DNA of 57,209 nucleotides, the filler included, from Catajapyx aquilonaris (Eukaryota): assembly GCA_000934665.2 (NCBI GenBank). It is 3 parts of 3 records of this genome, joined end to end, with 100 filler letters (N's around TTAATTAATTAA, not from the genome) between each part and the next. Parts side by side here need not be neighbours in the genome. Positions count along the whole stretch, not along the records: positions 21,040 to 39,085 come from JYFJ02006798.1; positions 39,186 to 57,209 come from JYFJ02006799.1; 1 more part is not named here. The stretch is one strand, 5' to 3'. Of this stretch, positions 34,209 to 45,725 are shown in pieces. Numbering within the stretch: position 1 is the first letter of the stretch; each line of letters begins with the position of its first letter. Made by a program: the position numbers and the translations under genes. Under the pieces are notes generated by a model that ran no database searches, was not told the DNA's origin, and was given only the letters and a program-made list of their open reading frames with translations.

Positions 34209-35330
34209 ATGGCCGCCTGCAATTCTGATGCGCATTCCGGATGCTTGTCGGCTCCCGGTACGTCCACACAAACTGACAACGCCGAAATCAACTTTCCAAG
34301 GATGAGCCTATTCTCCAGTCTCACCACCTACGAGAAGCTGGTGTTGATCCCTCGAGTTTGCACCTACTGGGCAATCGCTGTACAAGACGAGCCGAACTTG
34401 TGGACCGAGGTTGAGATCAACGAACAGGACCACATTCCAACTAGCACCATCTTGGCTCAACTGGACAAGTCTCCATTCCTCAGGAAACTGACGGTGTCAG
34501 GTATCACCTCCTTCGATTGCAGCGACATCATGAGAAGCGTGGTTGCATCCTGCTCAAACCTCCAGTCCTTGACTCTGTCCAACTGCTGCATCTCAGACCA
34601 GGCAGTGTTGGAGGAAATGAGGCAGTTTTGCGATCGTCTTGGGGTACTTGAGGTCAAGAATTCGTATGACTCCAGGACCAATCCGATTGACCATATCACC
34701 TGTCCTATTGGCCATATCAATGTTCCTGATCCTCTTTCTATGGATATGCGACAGCGTTTGAATGCTATGTTAAGTCCGATAGGCAGAACCGGCGACGGGG
34801 GCGCATACAGTACAGGCTTGGGTACCGGTGCCCTATCCTTGCCGACGCCTCATGTTCCTCCACCAAACCTTTCGTTGAGTCCGCTAATGAACAACCTAAT
34901 GCCGAATAGCTGGTACAGGGCACCACCACTTAGGCCTACCCCAGTTCAGTCGTACCGAATTCGCGTTCGTCCCGTGGTACCCACTCGTCCTGACAATACT
35001 GCTGGTCATCGACGAAACCATCAGAATGGGATAGGATGTATCGATACTGCTTTGCACACTCTGTTGGTCGCACAGGTGCCTCGAACATCCGTACCACGTT
35101 ATTTCAATGGTATTGTAGTGCGTCCACCACGTGTTGCTGCTCCTAGCCTAGTAGTCTCATACGATGAGGCTAATAATGCAGCCATGGTGAACGACTCTAT
35201 CAGGGTGATGGGGGGTATGAACAACGAGCAGAGGAACGAGCCTGTCAATTTGGCTCAAGGAGAAGCCAGAAATGATGATGAGGTTGGGGTACTAGATACC
35301 AGTACTGATAGTAGCAGTGATGAAATGTAA
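34209..35330 (+). CDS. Intronless F-box/LRR-like protein with a Pro-rich low-complexity C-terminus (~373 aa)
   Basis: 1.1-kb uninterrupted ORF with ATG in AAGATGGCC context. LFSSLTTYEKLVLIPRVCTYW...PNLWTEV resembles the C-terminal half of an F-box. It is followed by LRR-like segments (LRKLTVSG, SCSNLQSLTLSNCCISD, FCDRLGVLEV). Confidence 0.65.
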   Translation: MAACNSDAHSGCLSAPGTSTQTDNAEINFPRMSLFSSLTTYEKLVLIPRVCTYWAIAVQDEPNLWTEVEINEQDHIPTSTILAQLDKSPFLRKLTVSGITSFDCSDIMRSVVASCSNLQSLTLSNCCISDQAVLEEMRQFCDRLGVLEVKNSYDSRTNPIDHITCPIGHINVPDPLSMDMRQRLNAMLSPIGRTGDGGAYSTGLGTGALSLPTPHVPPPNLSLSPLMNNLMPNSWYRAPPLRPTPVQSYRIRVRPVVPTRPDNTAGHRRNHQNGIGCIDTALHTLLVAQVPRTSVPRYFNGIVVRPPRVAAPSLVVSYDEANNAAMVNDSIRVMGGMNNEQRNEPVNLAQGEARNDDEVGVLDTSTDSSSDEM

Positions 35331-36809
35331 TCAGGTGCGTTTGCGTATGCCAGGAAAATACTGCTCAGTTTGACTATCAATATGGTAAGAATGGCAGAAT
35401 ATTTCTAAAATTCTCATAATTATCCCAGTAATTGAAAAACGTTAATTAGGCAAATGCTTGTTACTTCCACGAATAGCTTCCTTTCACAAGTTGCGTTTGA
35501 AGTATATCACGATCAATCGAAATATTTGACGTAAACATCGAATTATTTCGTAAATTTCATTTGGCAAAATTTTGGGTTTCAACACTATCAATTATTTTTA
35601 TTTGTATTCTCAATCGACAATTTGAAATTTAAGCCCAGCTAACCTTCGTGGGATGCATTCAAGTAGCTGCAGGTTTATTACGATGTTGATGATTATGCAA
35701 TCAATTTTTTACACATAAAACGGGGCGTGAAGGATAGGGTAGCGAAAAGAGTTAAAAGAGTCCAGTACATCTACAGTACCGTATTTGCAAGTTACTCTTC
35801 CTGCAACTTATGGCAGTGTAGCTCCCTCCTGAATGCGTGAAATATTAGCAGACGTAAGTTCATGCTAATATTACGAATGTTCTTGTTTCGTTTGTTCTTC
35901 ATATATGATTTTCTGCAGTAAATGTAGTGATGTATGATGAAGAGTGTTTCTCTGCACAAGATGACAGCCCAAGGGTGGGGACTGAAGAAAGTCTTCTAAC
36001 AGGGACAAGGTTAAGATCTCTCTTGACCTGTTTGCATACAGACGAATCGCCAGAAAGTTGACGAATCCAACAATATTGTCCTCAACTCATCATCTTGAAC
36101 TGTCTTGGGCAGAGAAACACCCTGCATAATTAGCACATTTTGTTCGGTTGTTGTGTTTTGCCATTGTCTTTCAAATATTCCCCNCCCCCCCCCCCCCAAA
36201 AGTAAATTTTAAAAACCTAGCACATGAGCACAGAGCACAGAGATGAAGTCGATAATTGAAACAATAATTTGGCAGTGTTTGTAGTGTGTAGTTCATTTTG
36301 ACTCACTCTGTTGCTTAAATATTATCTCCCCTTAAAGTAGTCTGACTACTTTCTGCAGAGTGTGCCAATGAAATAGTAGGCCTGTACATGATTGTACTGT
36401 AATATGTTCCCATATTCATACTTTATGTCAGGCATAGTTCACGAAGTTTTTTAAAATGCATTTATGTACTTATGTTATCCTCCCCAAGGCCACCTAATTG
36501 TGATCTGTCATCCCTGCTTGATTTTCAGAAGTGTATAAATTATGTATGGTAGCTTGATAAACATTTAACATGTTTAGCAGGTGCAGTGGCCAAATTGGAT
36601 GGATGTGCTGAAAAAACCCAATATGTTTTCTATTATTTCTGGCAGTGTTGATTACATGTGAAGACTTGTCGTTTTGCCCTCAATTGAATTAAGTATTTAA
36701 TAATATAGCCATAAGATAAAACCTTCTGATGGTCAAGTAAGTTCAATGCAGGGAAATGTTAGTTTCCTACAAAAAAAATTAAACAAAATTGATCATGTAA
36801 AGAATAATT

Positions 36810-37030
36810 CAGGATGAGTCAAAAAGAAATGTTTCCACTTTTATGGGAAATTCATAATTATATTTCATGGAAATGATACAAAGAGAGCCTTCTGTCCTTT
36901 TTCTGGGATGAAGCCGCATTTCATGTTAGTGGAAAAGTAAATAAGCCTAACTGCGTTATTTTGGCTTAAAAAATAAAAACATACCAATCTCATAATATAT
37001 TATGAGCTAATATCCTTTTGACTCACCCTG
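36810..37030 (+). mobile_element. Internally deleted Tc1/IS630-family element
   Basis: TIRs CAGGATGAGTCAAAA ... TTTTGACTCACCCTG|TA. The interior encodes FWDEAAFHVSGKVNKPNC, the first catalytic-D block (FSDEAxFHLxGxVNKQNC-type). Confidence 0.7.
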
Positions 37031-37504
37031 TACAACATTGTTAAAACACTTGTCGTCGAAATCATCTTATTGTAACTGTTCGTTTGCATTTTATATCTTA
37101 TTAATTATGGTCTTGATTATTATGATTCCCATATGCAGTTTGACAGCTTCACATAGGCCTCTTTATTTTGAAAACCATTCCCATTTATTATTACTCTTGT
37201 TGTATCTTGGATTTACCATTACAACAGTGTATCTTGGTGTTTGAATAAAATCCATGCCACGCAAAGTGGTGGACCAAAATCCCAAACTCTGTATGTTTAT
37301 TATCATGCCCTCACCAGATCTCACAGAAGATAGGTCTCATTGTATGTAAACGTATCTCTGCCATGATAACTACAACACCTGCAATAACCATCAGTACTCA
37401 CAAGTCATACTGCAGTCAAATACCATTGCATGCCAAGCTTCATTTGACATCATTGCTCTTATCTCAAGATGTGGACAGCAATCGACATATTCTTGTATTG
37501 TATA

Positions 37505-37822
37505 AGGGATAGGGAGGGAGGAACAAAGGTACAGTGCATTGTCCTGTGGTGGGGGCCGTGTGCAGTCCTTCAGGGGGCCAAGCTTAGACACCCCCAAGGC
37601 GCGGCCAGAAGCCCCCCACCGAACACCGCGCCTCCTCCAGGGGCAGGGAAAGGAAGGAAGCGGCTGTGGCCTATTTAACGGTACGATCCCGGGATTGCCC
37701 TGGGGTGACCTTGGAAAACCACAGAAAACCAAGGTCAGGACCGCCGGCATCCGGGACTCGAACCCAGGACCTCCCGATTAGCAGTCGGACACCATATCCA
37801 CGTCACCACTACTGCTTCGGTT
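37505..37822 (-). mobile_element. tRNA-derived SINE, copy 1
   Basis: The minus strand starts with a tRNA-like head (A-box-like TAGTGGTGACGTGG, loop CTGCTAA, B-box GGTTCGAGTCC), then GTTTTCTGTGGTTTTCC...AATAGGCCACAGCCGCTTCC. A homologous copy lies at 47775-48104. Confidence 0.8.
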
Positions 37823-38119
37823 AAGTAAGGTTATTAAATAAAACGTTTGTTAGCTCCGTGTGTATAGTTGAGGTATGCAAGGTGAAAATATGGCGTCAAG
37901 CAAAAACATGCATATTTCAAAAATTATTTTCTCGAAAAGGCCATCTTTAATTTTCAATTTCAATTTTTTTTAACGTTCACACATGTTATAAAATGAAGTA
38001 CCGGTAGTGTCAAAAACCCAGGATTAATTTTTAGTAAGTGAAATACAAATTTTTGTATAATAACAAGATTCATCATTGTGCATATTTTAGCACCTTCATA
38101 AACCCTGCATTAAAATTAA

Positions 38120-39005
38120 ATGTCTTGGTCATATTGACCCCTAAAACAGGAGTCAAGGGGTCAATATGACCTGGTCACTTTAGGTCAATTTTACGCCCAC
38201 TACAGTCGTGGGCCACCTTCGTCCCGTGACTTCTCTTTAGGAGGATAAGGTAAATTAAGCTAATAAAGACCGGTGTTTACAACCGATATTAATCAAATTT
38301 GTTGGGTAGGTGGCCCACCCCCATGGACGAAAAAACTGACCAAAAATTAATTCCGTGTCATGATCCCATGATCCCTCAATTAGTGGTAAGAGGTCAATTA
38401 TGCTAATAAAAACCGGAGGTTACAACCGATCTTGATAAAAGTGGTCAAGGGGTCATGGGACCGAGGTCATTTCGGATCAGTTCTTCGCACATTTGGGTGG
38501 CCCAACTTTCCAACTTTGAACCAGATCGGATGGAAACTACGGGAGTTATTAGCTATTTGAACTTTGACCCCTTAAAAAGTGGTCAGGGGTCATGGGACCG
38601 AGGTCATTTCGGGTCAGTTCTTCGCAGATTTAGGTGACCCACCCCCATGGGCGAAAAAACCGACCAAAAATTAATTCCATGTCATGATCCCATGATCCCT
38701 CAATTAGTGGTCAGAGGTCAATTATGCTAATAAAAACCGGAGGTTACAACCGATCTTGATCAAATTTGTTGGGTAGGTGGCCCACCCCCATGGGCGAAAA
38801 ATTGACCAAAAATTATTTCCGTCTCATGACCCCATGACCCCTCAATTAGTGGTACATTTCAATTTAGCAAATCCCGTAGTTTTCAACCGATCTTGATCAA
38901 ATTTGTAGGGTAGGTGGCCCACCAAAATGGAAGAAAAACCTCCGTGAAATGACCTGGTCATATTGACCCCTTGACCTTTATTTTAGGGGTACTATTGACC
39001 GCAAA
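38120..39005. repeat. Composite repeat or fold-back with ~140-bp internal direct repeats
   Basis: The block GGGTAGGTGGCCCACCCCCATGG...CATGATCCCTCAATTAGTGG recurs. The termini (~38127-38180 and ~38947-39000) are inverted copies of each other. Confidence 0.7.
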
Positions 39006-39085
39006 AGTAATGTCGCGACTGTTTATGTGTTTTTGTGTTTATGTGTTGGTAATCCTGGGCGCTGCCAGGTTACGAACATGTTTAT

Positions 39086-39185
39086 NNNNNNNNNNNNNNN
39101 NNNNNNNNNNNNNNNNNNNNNNNNNNNNNTTAATTAATTAANNNNNNNNNNNNNNNNNNNNNNNNNNNNNNNNNNNNNNNNNNNN
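39086..39185. other. Artificial contig-joining linker
   Basis: N44-TTAATTAATTAA-N44. Confidence 0.9.
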
Positions 39186-39455
39186 AATATTTTCTACTTT
39201 GCCCACTAATATTTTCCACCAATATTTTCTACTTTGCCCACTAATATTTTCCGCCAATATTTTCTACTTTGCCCACTAATATTTTCCATCAATATTTTCG
39301 ACTTTGTCCACTAATATTTTCCACCAATATTTTCTACTTTGCCCACTAATATTTTTCACCAATATTTTCTAATTTGTCCACTAATATTTTCCACCAATAT
39401 TTTCGACTTTGTCCACTAATATTTTCCACCAATATTTTCGACTTTGTCCACTAAT
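39186..39455. repeat. 35-bp tandem repeat (~8 copies)
   Basis: Unit AATATTTTCTACTTTGCCCACTAATATTTTCCACC. Confidence 0.92.
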
Positions 39456-40257
39456 TTTTCTACTTAAAATAACATTTTCCGCTAAAAGAATATTTTCCAC
39501 TGACATTTTCCACTGGAAATGTTTTCTACTCGTATTCCTCCTTAAAATGATGCGCCAAATTTAACTCATATGCTGGCATCGTCAAAAAGTAGCTACTTAA
39601 TAACACAGTAATAACAAACAGCTTAGGGTCAAAAATCACTGGCCACAACCGACAAGACGGTTGGAAATACGACAGTTTCCTCGCCTCCGTCCAAGAACCC
39701 AAGGCTTTATATACGCCAGAAGAAATATATCTGCGGTCTTTTTCCGCCGAAAAGGTTTGAGGCGAAGAGTTTGCCTTTGCGTTTTGTGTTTCACCTGCTA
39801 CCAAAACCAGATAATGTCCCCCCGGGTTTTGCGTTGCAACTTCCTTTGACACGCGGCGAGAATGTAAGTGCATGCAATTTCAAGAGGAGGGTGGGGGTGG
39901 GGGATAGGGGGAGGGAGTTGTTCCCCCCCTCGTAGCAAAGTCCCCACACACTTATTTCTCATGTCGCAAGGCGAGATTGCGAATATTTCATTGCTCTCCC
40001 CCCCCTCCCCCCCGAAATGGCCGCGCCGTAAATTGGTGGAGAAGCTGGAGGTTTATATAAACACAACATGCGAATACCTGGGGGCGAACAGCAAGATTCA
40101 TCATACAGGTGCGCATGCGCAAGGGCCATAAAATGACTCGACCTATAGGCATTCGGCGCAAACATACACACACATGCGCATATTGTACATAACATATGTG
40201 CTTGCAATGTGTAATATGAGTGCAGGGTCAGTTTAGTCCGCGATTTTTGGCTCTAAC

Positions 40258-40482
40258 CTGCTTATTTAAGCAGTTATTTTTCGACTAGCTACTCTCAGAC
40301 ATCATATTAGCTACTGCTATCTAGTGGAAATGCGTGTAGTGATGGAAAGATGGCACTAAGCTGTTTATTTAAGCAGTTATTTTAACCGCTACTCTCAGAC
40401 GTTATATTAGCTACTGATATCTACTGGAAATGTGTGTAGGGATGGAACGTTGGCACTAAGCTGCTTATTTAAGCAGTTATAT
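40258..40482. repeat. ~100-bp tandem duplication (~2.2 copies)
   Basis: CTGCTTATTTAAGCAGTTAT...GCTACTCTCAGAC...TGGCACTAAG starts at 40258, 40361 and 40461. Confidence 0.85.
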
Positions 40483-43069
40483 TAGTGTATGACAGTGCAG
40501 GTGCATAAATATAAGCTATCCACTCTGACGAATATATTTATTAATTTATCTGCATAAAACTATTTATCTGGCCCGCAACATTTTCATTTCGGGAGACCAA
40601 ATGTGGCAGGAGTAGGGGCACGCTGTACCAAGCTACCCTATGAACTAACTTTCCTTTTCGGCGGATACACACCTATCCTTCAGTGGATCCACGCCTAACC
40701 TCAGCGGATCCACGCTCATTCTACAGCGGATATACACATCCTTCAGCGGATACAAGGCAGGGAAAATAGGTAAAAGTGTGGGGTCGCCCGATATTAAAGC
40801 GTAGCCGAAATATTCTTCTGCATTTTAGAGCCTCTTCTAGCGACTAATTTAAACTACTATGACTATATGAATTGTCATCCATTTAACCCAACAATAAGTC
40901 CATTCTGCACATCCTCCATCTGCAATTTCCTGGCACTGTACAAAAAAAAATGTCTGTCCTTCACCACCTTCCCCAAACTAGTTCCATTCACAGAGTTAAA
41001 CTACTGTAAAAAAAAGAAAGTGGGGAGAGGAGCAGGAGGGATGTGGGGGGGGGGGGGGTTGAAGATTTCCTTCAAGTGCGGCGCACTGCTTGATATTCTC
41101 ATCAAGAAAAGTTCCATGGTGAGGACAAAGTCGGTGCAATTTATTTTTCCTCCGCCATTTTCTTCAGCCTTCAGGGCTCCTTTTCTCTGGACTTGACGTT
41201 CCGTCTCCACTGTCGTCTTCGTCTTCTTTTTTTTTAGCGAAAAAAATTTTTAGAAGGAAAAAAAAAACTTTTCTCGTTGTCATCAAGTTGTAATTCCGCA
41301 TTTTTTGAGGAGAGAAAAAGAGAGCAATTTTCTGGGAGTTTTACTAGGGCCCGGTACTTGCACCACTTTTTTCATAGAAATGGGTTACGAGTTATTAGGT
41401 ACTTTCCCAGTCTTAAGAAGGAAGCCGTGGCTCCACCCACCAGCAAATGAAAAATTGACTGTTTATTCATTCGGTGTAATGAGACAATTTTTTAAAACAC
41501 CAATCTCAAAATTACACCTGAATAAATTTAATCATAATTAGGGCCTATATATTAATGGCAATTGAAATTATGCAAATTATTGTCAGAGTGAAATATTCAG
41601 TAATACAAAAAGTGTATGAGGGAAAATTAATTGATATATTGGTAATTTGTTAATTGCGAAAGTTAAATGTTATTTATTATATCTATTACATTCATTAATT
41701 ATTAATTGTCATTTATTTTTATTAATTTGCGTGTCTTATTATTAAATTGCATGTATTATTAAATTATTTGTATGAATCATTTTTTATTTATTTTGATATT
41801 ACATAATTATATTATTTTCTCATTATTATTTTTATCAATATTTTTTCCATTTTTGTTTATTATCTACTTATTTATTTATTGTACAAATTTATTTTAATTG
41901 GATTAATTGATTTATTGGATATATTATTTATGTTATTTTTTATTTAGTCGTACCCCCTGAGGCACTTATTTATGTTATTTATTATTGTTGTTGAATGTTT
42001 TGTTATTTATTTTATTATTTATTACTATTTACTACCATTTACTATTTTATTATTTATTATTATTTATTAGCATTTACTATTTTATTATTATTTACTATTT
42101 TATTATTTATTACTATTTATTAGCATTTACTATTTTATTATTTATTACTATTTTATTATTTATTACTATTTATTAGCATTTACTATTTTATTATTTATTT
42201 ATTATTTTCCCTAATATATATGCAAAATTTATGTGCAAAAGATCAATTGCAGAAAATCTAACCCTACCCTGACCTGACCTGACCTATCCTAACCTTAGAT
42301 TACACCAATGTAACCAGGCGTTTAATTTACCATTTTTGTAACACATCCTCATTAAAAAAAAAACCTAAGAGCAAAGTTTAATATCCACATCCTACACGAT
42401 AATGTTACATAATTCCATCAACACACTTGACGTCCGTTTAGAATTTGCAAAACTGTTTTTTTTTTTTTGCAAATCACTAAGTACTTACAGTCAACGCCTG
42501 AAATGGAATTTTTAATGATTCTCACTCCCTCGTAATGTGTGGTTGAAATAACACAATTTACACCGGGTCTTTTTTTCTCTCTCCGGGAATTTAATCCGGG
42601 TTGAAATTCCCTCCAGCAAGGTTGACGAAAAAATAATTCGCAAAATTCCTAAATATCCGGGATTCGAAATTACACCTTTGCAGGTGTCTGTTCAAATTTA
42701 CCTGAGGTAACCTGGAATATGTTACGTGGTTTTGAGTTTACTGGATGTTCGATGCTCTGAAAATTACATGAGCAGGAGTTGGTTTGCGTCACTCATTTTG
42801 CTCATTTGCGAGTTAATCCGCGATGATGCAAGGATTAGCATAGAGTTGGTATTAACTAGAGGTTGTTTTTTTTTGTCTTGGTAAATGAAAACACAACCTG
42901 TAAAATGTTTGGTATTGATATGTATCAACGGTTGTTGTGGTGAAAAGTTGGGTTAACTGTTATGTATTTACTCAGTCAGATTAGGACAAACATGCGATTT
43001 ATTAATTATTAATTATTAACTAATTATATTAATAAAGGTAAAGTATGATCATCCTGACACTTCCGATAT

Positions 43070-44395
43070 ATTTTTGACCTTTAGCCTGCTCATACTTCGC
43101 TTTTATTTTGACCTTTGACCTCACTAGTACTTTACATATTCTTCATCTATAAAATTTGACCTGACCTTAATTGACCTGCGGTTTTTACTAACGACGTTTC
43201 CTCTCCCTTCCCTTGTAATCAGGCATTGCTGACATAATTTTTTTTACAATATTGCTTACATTTTCCTTTCCTCACGACCTTTGACCCGACATTATTTGAC
43301 ATGGTCCTTTTCCTTTTGACATTTGACCTGATCTTATAATAATTTTAATTTGTTGACCTATTTTTCTTGCTTTCTAACCTTATCTGACAATCTACTTGTA
43401 ATATTTTTCATATTATTTTTGAACTGCTTGACATGCTGATTTTCCTTCTGACCTAGTTTGACCTGTTAAGAATTTTTGACCTTTGACCACATGTTTTCCT
43501 GCCTTTTTGATCTGACCTCTGTCACGCCTATTTTTCTTCTGATCTTGCTTGACCTGTAATTGTTGCCATTTGACCCAATCTTCTTATAGTATTGACTTGT
43601 TGACCTTTTCCTTTTCTTGTGGCCTCGTTTGACCTGCTAACAATAATAATTTTGACCTTTGACTGTGGTGATTTTCGTTCTGACCTAGTTTGACGTGGTA
43701 ACGATTTAAAAAATATTTGACCTAATGTTTTCCTGTCTTTGACCTCACATTACCTGTCCCGCTGATTTTCATTCTGACCTATAGTTTGACCTACAATGTT
43801 CGACACTTGACCTGATCTTATAATTGACATTGTGAACCTTTTTCTTTCTTCCTGGCCTCGTTACACCTGTTAACAATTTTTTACCTTCGACCAAACGTTT
43901 TGATTTCCTCTTGACATGACCTTATCTGAGTTCATCCTTCTCCTGACCTAGGTTGGGCCTAAAATCTTCACTTTGACGGAACTTTTCCCGCCTTCTTCAT
44001 CTGACCTTATATTTCACACTAATTTTCCTTCTGACCTATACTTTGACCTGTTAACAATTTTTGACCTTCGACATGGACTTATCTGACATCATTTTTCTCC
44101 TGACCTTGGTTGACCTAAAATTTGTCACATTGACTGAACTTTTTCCTGCCTTCTTGATCTAACCGTTCCCACTAATTTTCTTTCTGACCTACTTTGACCT
44201 GTTAACAAATGCTGACCTTTGACCAACCCTTGTCCTTTTCACCTGGCCTTATCTGACTTGATTTTTTCTGACCTGGTTTGACCTACAATTTTGACCTTTG
44301 ACCAACCCTTGTCCTTTTCACCTGGCCTTATCTGACTTGATTTTTCTTCTGACCTACTGTAGTTTGACCTACAATTTTTCACCTTTGACCCGATT
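43070..44395 (+). repeat. Diverged TGACCT-rich satellite
   Basis: Dozens of (T)TGACCT motifs in a pyrimidine-rich strand. A ~75-bp unit is near-exactly duplicated at ~44213-44375. Confidence 0.75.
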
Positions 44396-45261
44396 TCTCA
44401 TAATTTACAGGCCCTACCTCCACTCCTTGTCACCACCACTTCAGACCTGCCCACCTTGTAAACCACCTTCTGACCATCAGATTTGGCCCAAATTTCCTCC
44501 AAAAAATATCTGGACCATAACTCATCCTCTCACCACTTCCTACCCACCCTACCTCCCACCCCAAAGAGATTTTCGTCTGCTCTAGCGACCAATATTGATC
44601 GCAACCGTCCAGCCCCCAGGAACATTCCTCCAACAATTTGCATGTGGTAAGCAATTTGCTAGCAAGTGGGCAGAGCCAAGCTTCCTCGTCAGCAAACAAA
44701 AGACTTGGGAAGGTGGATAGGAAAAGTGGGGAGAGGCGGGGAGAGAAACACCAGTATGGAAATTATGTTCACCTCAGTTATTTTTCAACTAAAAAAAAAC
44801 TCCAAAAAAGCAGGACCGGCTGAGAGTGAAAGCATTTCGTAAATGCGTAATAACTCTGCTGATGCAAACCGCAAAATTGTAAGCGCACAAAGTGTGCAAA
44901 TTTAATCAAATGTAGGCTACCTGCAATGCAAAACCGCTGGGCAACATGGCACGCCAGATGGTCATACACAGCTGCACATACCCGCTAGGAGGAAAAAAAC
45001 ACACACACACAACAAAGTACACAACGGTGCGTAGATGTCTATAATGTAGGTTGTAATTTAGCAGGGTGCTTTGTGATGCAATGGAGCGTGTGTTACAAGG
45101 GAGATGAAATGGACTCCTTTTTGCTACAATGGACTCGGAGGGGTTAAAGTGGATCATCCCATTCCGCCACGTTTAGCCAATGTGCAGGATTGCGCATGCG
45201 CACTGACCGATGCATCTATGGCGGATGTACATCAATGTCGTCATTCCTTGATATCCTGAAT

Positions 45262-45720
45262 CATCGATATCTTGATATTTTTAATAAGTACATCGGTATC
45301 TGGATACCTGAATCGATATCTTGATATTTGGGGATGTCGATATCTTGATATTTGGGGATGTCGATATCTTGATATTTGGACAAATCGACATTTAGATATC
45401 TGGACAAATCAACATCTTCATGTATGGACAAATCGACATTTAGATATCTGGACAAATCGACATCTTCATATCTGGACAAATCGACATCTTCATATCTGGA
45501 CAAATCGATATCTTGACATCTGGACAAATCGATATCTTGACAACTGGACAAATCGACATCTTCATATATGGACAAATCGATACCTTGATATCTGGGCAAA
45601 TCGATATCTTCATATCTGGACTAATCGACATCTTGATATCTGCCCTAATCGATATCCTGCTAACTTGAAATATCAATATCCTGATATTTAGATTTTGACA
45701 AGTAGATATCTTAATATCCT
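45262..45720. repeat. 21-bp satellite (GGACAAATCGAYATCTTSATATCT-like)
   Basis: ~18 units, visible as 7-aa periodicity in the overlapping spurious ORFs. Related degenerate units continue at 47560-47700 and 48130-48600. Confidence 0.9.
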
Positions 45721-45725
45721 TACAC

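Noticed and set aside
37740..37822. tRNA-Ser(GCT)-like gene
   Set aside because: No proper acceptor stem or long variable arm, and it continues into a body shared with 47775-48104, so it is a SINE head.
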